A stretch of 64,000 nucleotides of DNA. Origin: Candidatus Latescibacterota bacterium. Its GTDB lineage: Bacteria > Latescibacterota > UBA2968 > GCA-2709665. The DNA is taken from contig OZ242358.1 of assembly GCA_965208835.1 (NCBI GenBank), positions 2,144,001 to 2,208,000 of the forward strand, given 5' to 3'. Position 1 is the first letter of the stretch. Each line of letters begins with the position of its first letter. Below the pieces are notes generated by a model, which worked only from the letters and a program-made list of their open reading frames with translations, made no database searches and was not told the origin of the DNA. Made by a program: the position numbers and the translations under genes. Positions 55,617-64,000 of the stretch are shown here, piece by piece.

Positions 55617-56381
55617 ATGCTTGTCGATACCCATGCCCATCTCAATTTCCCACAGTTTCTGGGAGACGAGGAAGCGACGATACGCCGGGCTCGTGAGGCA
55701 GGGGTAGGGAGCATTGTCAACGTCGGTACGAACCTTGACGTGAGCCGGAGGGCGCTGGACCTCGCTCGGAATCACGAAGGGGTCTATGGGACGGTGGGAT
55801 TCCATCCGCACGACGTCGAACTGGCCGACCCGGACGGTTTGAATACGCTGAAGCGGCTTGCATTGAACAAAGAGATTGTGGCCGTGGGCGAGACGGGACT
55901 GGATTTCTTTCGGAACTATGCGCCCAGGTCCCTACAGGAACGGGTATTCAGGTTCCATATCCATCTCGCACGCCAGACTGGACTTCCGCTTGTTATCCAC
56001 AGTCGCGGCGCGGAGGACAGAGTGATGGATATCCTTGAAGAGGAGGACGGCATTGCGGCCGGCGGAGCATTGCACTGTTTCGGCGGAGGTCCCGGGCAGG
56101 CGAAGCGGGCGGTCGAACTTGGCTTCCATCTGGGCTTCGGCGGGACGGTGACCTACAAACGCTCAACGTCGTTGTCCGTGGCGCTGGGCATTCCGCCCGA
56201 TCGGGTGCTCCTGGAAACCGATTGTCCATATCTCGCGCCCGTCCCGCACAGGGGTCGGCGGAATGAGCCGGCCTACGTAAGGCAGATTGCCGAGTTCCTG
56301 GCGGGACACGCGAACGAGCCGCTGGAATGTTTCGCCGCCCGAACCACGGAGAATGCCCACCGGGTTTTCGGATTGAAGTGA
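55617..56381 (+). CDS. tatD: TatD family nuclease
   Basis: DTHAH, GFHPH, GETGLD, HSR, HCF and ETDCPYL motifs. Confidence 0.95.
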   Translation: MLVDTHAHLNFPQFLGDEEATIRRAREAGVGSIVNVGTNLDVSRRALDLARNHEGVYGTVGFHPHDVELADPDGLNTLKRLALNKEIVAVGETGLDFFRNYAPRSLQERVFRFHIHLARQTGLPLVIHSRGAEDRVMDILEEEDGIAAGGALHCFGGGPGQAKRAVELGFHLGFGGTVTYKRSTSLSVALGIPPDRVLLETDCPYLAPVPHRGRRNEPAYVRQIAEFLAGHANEPLECFAARTTENAHRVFGLK

Positions 56382-57211
56382 TGACCAAGCCCAACAAGGG
56401 CCTTGCGCAGCATTTCCTTACCGACGCCGGGGCCGTCCAGAAGATCGTCAGGGCCGCTCGTGTACACGCGAACGACCTGGTGGTTGAAATCGGCCCGGGG
56501 CGCGGCGCGCTGACCGGCCGGTTGCTGGCGCAGTCGGACAGGGTCGTCGGGATCGAACGGGATGAGGCGTTGTGTGATTTCCTGCGGTCACGATTCGGGT
56601 GCGGGCTGCGTTTGCGCAACCAGGATGTGTTGGAGGTTGACTTTTCCGAACTGATTCGCGGGGAAGGATTTGAACGTGCGATTCTGGTGGGAAACCTGCC
56701 GTATTTCATTACGGGTGCGGTTGTACGGCGTATTCTGAATGCGCGGTCCAGGTTTAAGCGGGCTGTACTTACCGTTCAGCGGGAGGTTGCCCGACGGATC
56801 GTCGCCACGCCGGGCAACAGAGACTATGGGGTTCTGTCGATCGCCGTTCAGTTGCATGCTCATCCGAAGATTCTATTTGACCTGGCCCCCGGTGTCTTCT
56901 ACCCGGCGCCCAAGGTCTATTCGTCCGTGATACGGATGGATTTCCACAGGGAGACTCGCTACCGTATACAGGATGAACGGTTTTTCTTTCGCGTCGTCCG
57001 TACGGCTTTCGGTCAGCGGCGAAAGATGCTGAAGAATGCCCTGCTGGGAATGGTGCATGGAGAAATGGAGATCCTGAACCGCGTGGGAGCGTCGGCGGAC
57101 ATCGACTTCAGGTTGCGGCCGGAAGCAGTTTCCATACCGGAGTATGAGCGGATTTCCCGCGCGCTCAAGGCGTCTTGTCAATCCAGCGGGCAGATTCACG
57201 GGAGTCGATAG
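56381..57211 (+). CDS. rsmA: 16S rRNA m6,2A dimethyltransferase RsmA/KsgA
   Basis: QHFL, EIGPGRGALT, GNLPY, QREVA and F.QRRKM; TGATG overlap with tatD. Confidence 0.95.
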   Translation: MTKPNKGLAQHFLTDAGAVQKIVRAARVHANDLVVEIGPGRGALTGRLLAQSDRVVGIERDEALCDFLRSRFGCGLRLRNQDVLEVDFSELIRGEGFERAILVGNLPYFITGAVVRRILNARSRFKRAVLTVQREVARRIVATPGNRDYGVLSIAVQLHAHPKILFDLAPGVFYPAPKVYSSVIRMDFHRETRYRIQDERFFFRVVRTAFGQRRKMLKNALLGMVHGEMEILNRVGASADIDFRLRPEAVSIPEYERISRALKASCQSSGQIHGSR

Positions 57212-57313
57212 CCGTCATGTGAAACGTACCATCGCGGATTGCCGAAGCGTGCGAGATGCCCGCGGAGGCGTCTTCCGCGGCAGATCCGTTCATCTATGGG
57301 AGAGGGAAGAGAA

Positions 57314-58243
57314 ATGCCTCCGATGCCGAAGGCGGACAAGATCTGGTTTAACGGAAAGTTCGTGAATTGGGACGACGCAAGGATCCACGTGTTGTCGCAC
57401 GTGGTGCACTACGGATCCAGTGTTTTCGAGGGTATTCGCTGCTACAATACGCGAACGGGACCGGCCTGTTTCCGGTTGGCGGATCACGTGAATCGGCTGT
57501 ACGATTCGGCGAAGATCTATCGGATGCCGATCCCTTATAAACACGAGGAAATCTCCGGGGCCATTCTGGAATCCATCCGTACCAACGAACTTCAGAGGTG
57601 CTATGTGCGTCCCGTGATCTTCAGAGGATACGGCAGTCTGGGCGTAGACCCCTCAACCTGTCCCGTTGAAGTCGTGATTGCCGTCTGGGAGTGGGGCGCC
57701 TATCTGGGCGAGGAGGCGCTGGAAAAGGGGGCCGAGGTACGTTTTTCCTCGTGGAACCGGCTTGCACCCAACACGATGCCCTCGCTGGCCAAGGTCGGCG
57801 CCAACTACATGAACTCGCAGCTGATCAAGCTGGAGGCACTCGCCGACGGATACGTGGAGGGAATCGCTCTGGATGCGCAGGGCCACGTGAGTGAAGCAAG
57901 CGGAGAGAACATCTTCATGGTGAAGAACGGCGCGATTTACACGCCCTCTACCGGGTCGTCAATTCTGCCGGGAATTACCCGCCACACCGTCATTACGCTG
58001 GCGCGCGATCTTGGCTACGCGGTAACGCAGCGCGCCATACCCAGAGAGTCGCTGTACATCGCCGACGAAGTTTTCTTCACCGGCAGCGCGGCCGAGGTGA
58101 CGCCAATTGCACGAATTGATCACATTCCAGTCGGTGAGGGGACGCGAGGCCCCATCACAAAAGCGCTGCAGGACGCTTTCTTCGGCGTTGTGTCGGGCGA
58201 GACGGACGACCGGCACGGCTGGCTGACCCATGTCTATCAGTGA
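57314..58243 (+). CDS. ilvE: Branched-chain amino acid aminotransferase
   Basis: [33 protein letters not shown] and DEVFFTG motifs. Confidence 0.95.
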   Translation: MPPMPKADKIWFNGKFVNWDDARIHVLSHVVHYGSSVFEGIRCYNTRTGPACFRLADHVNRLYDSAKIYRMPIPYKHEEISGAILESIRTNELQRCYVRPVIFRGYGSLGVDPSTCPVEVVIAVWEWGAYLGEEALEKGAEVRFSSWNRLAPNTMPSLAKVGANYMNSQLIKLEALADGYVEGIALDAQGHVSEASGENIFMVKNGAIYTPSTGSSILPGITRHTVITLARDLGYAVTQRAIPRESLYIADEVFFTGSAAEVTPIARIDHIPVGEGTRGPITKALQDAFFGVVSGETDDRHGWLTHVYQ

Positions 58244-58299
58244 ACCCGCGAATTCGGAGACCGGGTCACGGAAGAGATTTCCGGATCGGAATGCACTAT

Positions 58300-59118
58300 A
58301 TGTACGATTTAAGTGACAGACGTATCGCTGTCGTTGGCGCAGGGAATATGGGCGGCGCGTTGATTTCGGGCCTGGTGCAATCAGGTATTCTGCCGCCGGA
58401 ACGGGTGACGGCGGTGGACATCGACGATGCTCTATTGGCGTCGCACCGGCGGGCTCTGGGGGTCAATACCGCCCGTGACGCGGCAGCGGCGGCCTCCGAA
58501 CAAGACGTGGTGATACTGGGTTTAAAGCCTCAGGTCTGGGCGTCCGTTGTCGCACCTCTGGCGACGTCGCTTACCGGTCGGCAACTGGTGATTTCCATTA
58601 TGGGAGGCGTACGGACCGGGGCTATAGAGGAAGTTCTGGGGGGGAGGATCCCGGTTGTGCGGGCGATGCCGAATATCCTTGCGCAGATCCGGACGTCGGT
58701 CACGGCCATCTGCCCGGGCCGATTCTCACAGGAAACCCATATGGCTGCGGCTGAGGCCATCCTGGAGTCGGTCGGCGCGTCTGTCCGCCTGAGCGAAGCG
58801 CAGATGGACGCGGTTACCGGGCTTTCCGGCAGCGGCCCTGCCTTTGTGTACGTGATTATCGATGCACTTGCCGATGGGGGTGTGAGGATGGGGATTCCCA
58901 AGCCCGTTGCTCTCAAGCTGGCCGCGCAAACGGTTTTCGGCGGAGCAAAGATGGTGATCGAAAGCGGCCAACACCCGGCGGTTTTGAAAGACCAGGTAAC
59001 GTCTGCGGGCGGAACGACGATTGCCGGATTGCAGGCGCTGGAACTGGGCGGATTTCGCGCTGCGCTGATGAAGGCGGTGGAAGCGGCGACCCGGCGGTCT
59101 GAGGAACTGGGAACCTAG
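58300..59118 (+). CDS. proC: Pyrroline-5-carboxylate reductase
   Basis: GAGNMG, KPQ, RAMPN, SGSGPAF and SAGGTT; start 58291 or 58300. Confidence 0.95.
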   Translation: MYDLSDRRIAVVGAGNMGGALISGLVQSGILPPERVTAVDIDDALLASHRRALGVNTARDAAAAASEQDVVILGLKPQVWASVVAPLATSLTGRQLVISIMGGVRTGAIEEVLGGRIPVVRAMPNILAQIRTSVTAICPGRFSQETHMAAAEAILESVGASVRLSEAQMDAVTGLSGSGPAFVYVIIDALADGGVRMGIPKPVALKLAAQTVFGGAKMVIESGQHPAVLKDQVTSAGGTTIAGLQALELGGFRAALMKAVEAATRRSEELGT

Positions 59119-59170
59119 CAGCCCGTTTCCGGGGCAGAACACTTTGCCGGGGCTCCGGTCGGAGGTCGTG

Positions 59171-59776
59171 ATGATCGTGATTGTGGACTGCGGCGTGGGC
59201 AATCTGCGCAGCGTCCAGAAGGGATTTGAACGTGTCGGACACGCCGCGGCGATTACGGATCGGCCCGAAGACGTGGCCAGTGCCGACCGCGTGGTGTTGC
59301 CCGGTGTCGGGGCCTTTGGAGACGCGATGGTGAATCTGAAAGCGGCAGGGCTGGTGGAACCGCTGATGGATTCAATTGCCAGCGGTCGACCGTACCTCGG
59401 GATCTGCGTCGGTCTTCAACTCCTGTTTACCGAAAGCAATGAGATGGGCCTCCACCGAGGATTCGGGGTTCTGCCTGGTTCCGTGCGTCGGTTTCCGGAC
59501 GGTGTGCGGGTGCCTCAGATCGGCTGGAACCAGATCCGAATTCAGAGGCGGACGCCGCTTCTTGCTGGCATACCCGACCAGTCATTCTTCTATTTCGTAC
59601 ATTCATACTACGCCGATCCTGAGGTGGAATCCGATTGTGTGGCAACAACGGATTACGCGCTGGATTACACGTCGATCGCCGGACGGGGGGCCGCCTACGG
59701 AATTCAGTTTCACCCCGAGAAAAGCCAGGACCTCGGACTGCGTATCCTGAAGAATTTCGCGGAGCAGGTATGTTAG
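59171..59776 (+). CDS. hisH: Imidazole glycerol phosphate synthase glutaminase subunit
   Basis: GNLRSV, LPGVGAF, GICVGLQ, YFVHSY and QFHPEKS; GGAGG RBS. Confidence 0.96.
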   Translation: MIVIVDCGVGNLRSVQKGFERVGHAAAITDRPEDVASADRVVLPGVGAFGDAMVNLKAAGLVEPLMDSIASGRPYLGICVGLQLLFTESNEMGLHRGFGVLPGSVRRFPDGVRVPQIGWNQIRIQRRTPLLAGIPDQSFFYFVHSYYADPEVESDCVATTDYALDYTSIAGRGAAYGIQFHPEKSQDLGLRILKNFAEQVC

Positions 59777-60558
59777 CGAAACGCATCATTCCCTGCCTGG
59801 ACGTCAAAGACGGCCGGAACGTGCGAGGGGTGAAATTCTCGGCGGACCGCGATGCCGGAGACCCTGTAGAACTGGCTCGCCGATACGACGAGGAGGGCGC
59901 GGACGAGCTCGTTTTCTACGACATTACGGCCTCGGCGGAAAGGCGGGACATCGTCGCCGATCTCGTGCGTCAGGTGTCGGAACAGGTATTTATCCCGTTC
60001 ACGGTGGGCGGCGGCGTGCGGACATTTGACGATATCTGCACGATCATCGAAGGCGGCGCCGAAAAGGCATCCATCAATTCGGCCGCGGTTCGATCACCGG
60101 AGCTGATTACCCGCGGCGCTGGACGTTTCGGCACGCAGGCGATTGTCGGTTCCATCGATGCCGTTCGCCGCGGCGAATCGTCCGGGAAACCGGAATGGGA
60201 AGTCATGATCGACGGTGGAAGGACGGCCACGGGCAGGGACGCCCTGGCGTGGGCGCTGGAATTGGTCGACAGGGGCGCGGGGGAACTGGTGTTGAACAGC
60301 ATCGATGCCGACGGAACGCGAGAGGGTTACGACATCGAGCTGAACCGCGCCGTGGCGGATCTCGTGGATGTGCCGATCGTGGCGTCAGGGGGTTCGGGCG
60401 GACCTGAGCACATGTATCAGGTGCTTCATGAGGGCAAGGCCAGCGCGGCTCTGGCGGCGTCCATTTTTCATTATCGGCATTATAGCATTCCCGAGGTAAA
60501 GGCGTACCTGGCCAGCCGGGGCGTCTGTGTACGCCCCCGGGTGAGGGTGGATCTGTAA
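59770..60558 (+). CDS. hisF: Imidazole glycerol phosphate synthase cyclase subunit
   Basis: MLAKRIIPCLDV, GADELVFYDITAS, TVGGG, DADGT and ASGG motifs. Confidence 0.96.
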   Translation: MLAKRIIPCLDVKDGRNVRGVKFSADRDAGDPVELARRYDEEGADELVFYDITASAERRDIVADLVRQVSEQVFIPFTVGGGVRTFDDICTIIEGGAEKASINSAAVRSPELITRGAGRFGTQAIVGSIDAVRRGESSGKPEWEVMIDGGRTATGRDALAWALELVDRGAGELVLNSIDADGTREGYDIELNRAVADLVDVPIVASGGSGGPEHMYQVLHEGKASAALAASIFHYRHYSIPEVKAYLASRGVCVRPRVRVDL

Positions 60559-61766
60559 TGGGCGACGACATTACGAACGGATCGCGAAAGCCCCGCACAG
60601 TGGATGGAACGGCGTGTGATTCCGATCTGGACCGGACCTGCTCTGAACGCAAGGAGCTGTTCGACGGGGTTCGGCGTGTCGTGCTGAAGCTGGGTACACG
60701 GCTGGTCACGCAGAAGGACCACAGGCTGAATACGAAGTTGATTGAGCGTCTGGCTGCAGACGTGGCCGACTTGCGCCGCAAGGAAATACAGGTTGCCGTA
60801 GTGTCGTCCGGCGCGGTTGGCGCAGGAATGGGACGGCTGGGTCTGGAGGTTCGGCCGCGCCGGCTGTCTGCGCTGCAGGCGACCGCGGCTGTCGGGCAGG
60901 GGCTGTTGATGAATGCCTACAAGCTCGCGTTCAGAACCCATAACGTCCCCGTCGGGCAGGTCCTTCTGACAGCCGATGATCTGGACAACCGGCGGCGTTA
61001 TGTCAATGCGAGAAACACGCTGGATTCGCTGTTTCGGTTTGGCGCCGTTCCGGTTCTCAACGAGAACGACAGCGTGGCCGTTGAGGAACTGCAGCTATCG
61101 GTAGGCGACAACGACCGCCTTTCGGCGCTCGTCGCGCATCTGATCGACGCCGACCTCCTTGTCATTCTGACCGACGTCGACGGGTTCTACTCTGAAGATC
61201 CGGACCGCCACTCGGACGCGCGCCTCATAGCGAGGGTTGAGGAGATACGTCCCGAAATGATCGAACGGGCGGGAAGAGCAGGGAGCCATGTGAGCCTGGG
61301 TGGGATGCGTTCGAAACTGGAGGCTGCGCAGAGTGTGACACGAGGAGGCAGATTGGCGGTGATCGCAAACGGGCACAGGATCGGATTGAGCCGGATCCTC
61401 GCCGGTGCGCCGGCCGGCACGTTGTTTCTTGCCGCGAGGGAGAGGCTGCCAGGCCGAAAACTCTGGATTGCCAATTCTCGTCGCAACGGCGCTGTGATCG
61501 TTGACGACGGCGCGGTAGAGGCAATTGTGAAACGGGGCAAGAGCCTGCTGCCTTCGGGTATTCTGAAAGTGGAAGGCGCTTTCGAGGCCGGAGAGTTGAT
61601 TGGCGTTGAAGACAGGCGTCGGATGGAGGTCGCGCGCGGCGTGGTGAAGTACGGTTCCGATGACGTACAGCGGATATTGGGCAAGTCGACCGGCGAGGTC
61701 GTTTCGATTCTGGATGTGCAATCCGGTGGTGAGGTGGTTCACCGTGACGATCTGGTGGTGCTTTAG
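60558..61766 (+). CDS. proB: Glutamate 5-kinase
   Basis: VLKLGT, VSSGAV, AAVGQ, NEND, GDND and GGMRSK; C-terminal PUA domain. Confidence 0.96.
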   Translation: MGDDITNGSRKPRTVDGTACDSDLDRTCSERKELFDGVRRVVLKLGTRLVTQKDHRLNTKLIERLAADVADLRRKEIQVAVVSSGAVGAGMGRLGLEVRPRRLSALQATAAVGQGLLMNAYKLAFRTHNVPVGQVLLTADDLDNRRRYVNARNTLDSLFRFGAVPVLNENDSVAVEELQLSVGDNDRLSALVAHLIDADLLVILTDVDGFYSEDPDRHSDARLIARVEEIRPEMIERAGRAGSHVSLGGMRSKLEAAQSVTRGGRLAVIANGHRIGLSRILAGAPAGTLFLAARERLPGRKLWIANSRRNGAVIVDDGAVEAIVKRGKSLLPSGILKVEGAFEAGELIGVEDRRRMEVARGVVKYGSDDVQRILGKSTGEVVSILDVQSGGEVVHRDDLVVL

Positions 61767-61847
61767 TGTGGTGGTGTCTCCCGCCCGGACACCGCAACTT
61801 CGCCGCGCATTCGTCAGTGGCACGACAATTCAACGGGAATTTTCGGA

Positions 61848-62195
61848 ATGAGATTCTATAGAGTAAAACGGGATTTCCTTAACGCGCCGCGCAGACGCAT
61901 ATATCGATTCCTGTGGATGCTGCCGGCCTTGTGGTTCGTCTACCTGTTTTTCGCCGGAGACAGCGGTTATCTGCAGATTCGGGAACGGAGTCGGCAGATT
62001 GAAAAGATGCGCGGTGAGATTGAAACCGTGAGGGCGGAAAACCGTCGGTTGGAGGCCGAGGTCGAAATGCTGAAGAACGACCTGGCGATCATCGAAAAAA
62101 TCGCTCGGGAGCGGTACGGTATGGTCAAAGAGAATGAAGAGGTCTATATGGTGTACCCGGATGCGCCCGATCCGACGTCGGTAACCGGCAGATGA
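61848..62195 (+). CDS. ftsB: Septum formation initiator FtsB/DivIC family protein
   Basis: Single TM helix, GDSG, coiled coil, IEKIARERYGMVKENE. Confidence 0.85.
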   Translation: MRFYRVKRDFLNAPRRRIYRFLWMLPALWFVYLFFAGDSGYLQIRERSRQIEKMRGEIETVRAENRRLEAEVEMLKNDLAIIEKIARERYGMVKENEEVYMVYPDAPDPTSVTGR

Positions 62196-62974
62196 TTTCG
62201 AAGTCCGAAGGGCTGGTTCTACGTGGTTACAGGATGAGCGAAAGCAGCAAGGTGGTGGTCATCTATACCCGGAACGCCGGCAAGGTGCGGGTTGTGGCCA
62301 AGGGCGCCCGGCGTCCCAGGAGTAAGTTCGGCGCCAGCGTGGAACCGATAACCTGGGGGGCATATGTCTTTTACAGCCGGGAAAACAGAGACCTGCACAC
62401 CCTGAGCGAAGGTGATATTCTATATTCTTTTGAGGATCTGAAACGGGATTACCGCCGCCTGGCTTACGCAAGCGCCGTGTGTGATCTGCTGGATCGCCTG
62501 ACGCCGGAAGAAGATCCAAATTCACTACTTTGCAGCGTCACCCTGGATTCGCTTCGATGGATGGAAACGGTCGAGGAAGAGTCGGTTGAACTGCCGCTAT
62601 GGTACTTTCAGCTGAAGGCGGCGGCGATGCTGGGATATCGTCCCCATCTGAGCGGATGTGTCGGGTGCGGCGCGCGAATTACAGGCGACAGGGTTTGTTT
62701 CGACGCGGGGCGCGGCGGTACGGTCTGCGGCCGTTGCAAACGTGGGGGCATCGAAGTTGCAATGGCGACCATTCGATACCTGGAACACCTCCAGACGGCA
62801 CGTCCGGACCGAATCGACGACAGTGGTTTCCGGGCGGTCGATACCGGGGAAGCGCGTCGTGTGCTGCGCGGTTTCTTGTGGCGCCACATTGAAAACAGGG
62901 GCCAGGTCAAGTCACTGGACTTTCTGAATCGTCTGCTGGCTGCGGAAGGGACATCTGCTACTTACGGCAGTTGA
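62192..62974 (+). CDS. recO: DNA repair protein RecO
   Basis: EGLVLR, AKGARRPRS and GYRPHLSGCVGC...CGRC zinc finger. Confidence 0.93.
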   Translation: MISKSEGLVLRGYRMSESSKVVVIYTRNAGKVRVVAKGARRPRSKFGASVEPITWGAYVFYSRENRDLHTLSEGDILYSFEDLKRDYRRLAYASAVCDLLDRLTPEEDPNSLLCSVTLDSLRWMETVEEESVELPLWYFQLKAAAMLGYRPHLSGCVGCGARITGDRVCFDAGRGGTVCGRCKRGGIEVAMATIRYLEHLQTARPDRIDDSGFRAVDTGEARRVLRGFLWRHIENRGQVKSLDFLNRLLAAEGTSATYGS

Positions 62975-63050
62975 CGAGGTGTCGGCAGCGTGCCGTATCA
63001 GGAAATGCGATCTGCTTCAACCTTTTTTGGTAGAGGGACGGGTTAGCCGA

Positions 63051-64000
63051 ATGCGAGAGCAAGCCGTGTTGGAAAAAATATACGATCCTGGTTCGGTCGA
63101 GAAGACCTGGTACGCATTCTGGGAAGAAAAGGGCTATTTCAAGCCGGAATATCGGACCGGCGGAAAGCCGTTTTCCATCACGATTCCCCCGCCGAACGTC
63201 ACGGGGGAGCTTCACATGGGGCATGCGCTGCAGCATGCAGTCCATGATGCCGTGGTGCGGTGGAAGCGCATGCTGGGGCATCGAACCCTCTGCCTGCCAG
63301 GCACCGACCACGCGGGCATTGCAACGCAGATGAAGGTAGAGCAACAATTGTTCGAGGAGGACGGTAAGGGACGCCACGACATTGGCCGGGACGAGATGTT
63401 AAAGCGGATCGTGGTCTGGAAACGGGAGTATGGAGGAACCATTCTCAACCAGCTCCGGGAAATGGGTTGCAGCTATGATTGGGGCCGTGAGCGATACACG
63501 ATGGAACGGGGATACGCACGCGCGGTTTTGTCGGCCTTTGTAAAGTTTCATGAGAGGGGATGGGTCTACCGCGGCAGGCGAATGGTGAACTGGTGCCCGA
63601 GATGCGGAACCGTCATCTCGGACCTGGAGGTGGAGGAACGGGAAACCGAAGGGCACCTCTGGCATATTCGGTATCCCGGCGTGGACGGCGGGCCCGATGT
63701 GGTGGTTGCGACGACGCGCCCGGAGACGATGCTGGGCGACACGGGCGTGGCGGTACATCCCGATGACCGGCGCTGGCAGCGGGCAATCGGTGAACGCGTC
63801 ATGCTGCCGCTGATGGAGCGCCCCATCCCGATAGTCGCCGATAGTTATGCGGATCCCGAGATGGGCAGCGGTGCGGTAAAGGTGACACCCGCACACGATC
63901 CGAATGACTACGAAATCGGATTGCGACACGGGTTGCCGGAGATCCAGGTCATCGGATTCAGCGGGGAGATGACCGGAGACGCCGGCCCATTCAGCGGTAT
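63051..64000 (+). CDS. valS: Valine--tRNA ligase, 5' part (runs off window)
   Basis: PPPNVTGELHMGHA, PGTDHAGIATQ, VNWCP, ATTRPETMLGD and KVTPAHDPNDY; start 63051 or 63066. Confidence 0.96.
   Translation, partial: MREQAVLEKIYDPGSVEKTWYAFWEEKGYFKPEYRTGGKPFSITIPPPNVTGELHMGHALQHAVHDAVVRWKRMLGHRTLCLPGTDHAGIATQMKVEQQLFEEDGKGRHDIGRDEMLKRIVVWKREYGGTILNQLREMGCSYDWGRERYTMERGYARAVLSAFVKFHERGWVYRGRRMVNWCPRCGTVISDLEVEERETEGHLWHIRYPGVDGGPDVVVATTRPETMLGDTGVAVHPDDRRWQRAIGERVMLPLMERPIPIVADSYADPEMGSGAVKVTPAHDPNDYEIGLRHGLPEIQVIGFSGEMTGDAGPFSG

Noticed and set aside
55993-56001. Perfect DnaA box TTATCCACA
   Set aside because: Single copy inside the tatD coding sequence; compatible with chance.
59115-59127. CTAG + CAGCCCGTT at the proC stop resembling a family-A MITE end
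   Set aside because: Only 9 bp of TIR with no internal sequence or second end; possibly a remnant but not supportable.

Overview
GC-rich bacterial chromosome segment. The 16S sequence is divergent, and together with a dockerin-like domain style it suggests an uncultured FCB-group lineage (Latescibacterota/PAUC34f-like; inference only). Accessory left part (1-18 kb): YhaO/YhaN (SbcD/SbcC-like) pair, two ABC exporter genes, BrnTA and VapBC toxin-antitoxin modules flanking an OprB-type porin, a cupin/dehydrogenase/FAD-oxidase/dipeptidase catabolic operon and an ABC-2 operon. Next come minus-strand housekeeping genes (nadA, GHMP kinase + galU-like, trxA, holA, purM, folP, ftsH, tilS), a complete rRNA operon (16S-tRNA-Ile-tRNA-Ala-23S-5S), an EF-G paralog, and a plus-strand core block (yebC-ruvCAB-tsaB-rimI-holB-metG-tatD-rsmA-ilvE-proC-hisHF-proB-ftsB-recO-valS). 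The most interesting item is a three-gene envelope redox operon at 30.5-34 kb: TlpA-like CxxC protein, DUF6029-like outer-membrane barrel with a C-terminal Cys pair, and a secreted redoxin that the ORF track splits at an in-frame TGA. Reading through the TGA gives a UxxC selenoprotein fused to two Ig-like repeats and a dockerin-like domain. Other notable items: two MITE-like repeat families, a promoter running straight into a terminator, and an apparently catalytically dead alpha/beta-hydrolase lipoprotein. All family assignments come from motif recognition, not database searches.
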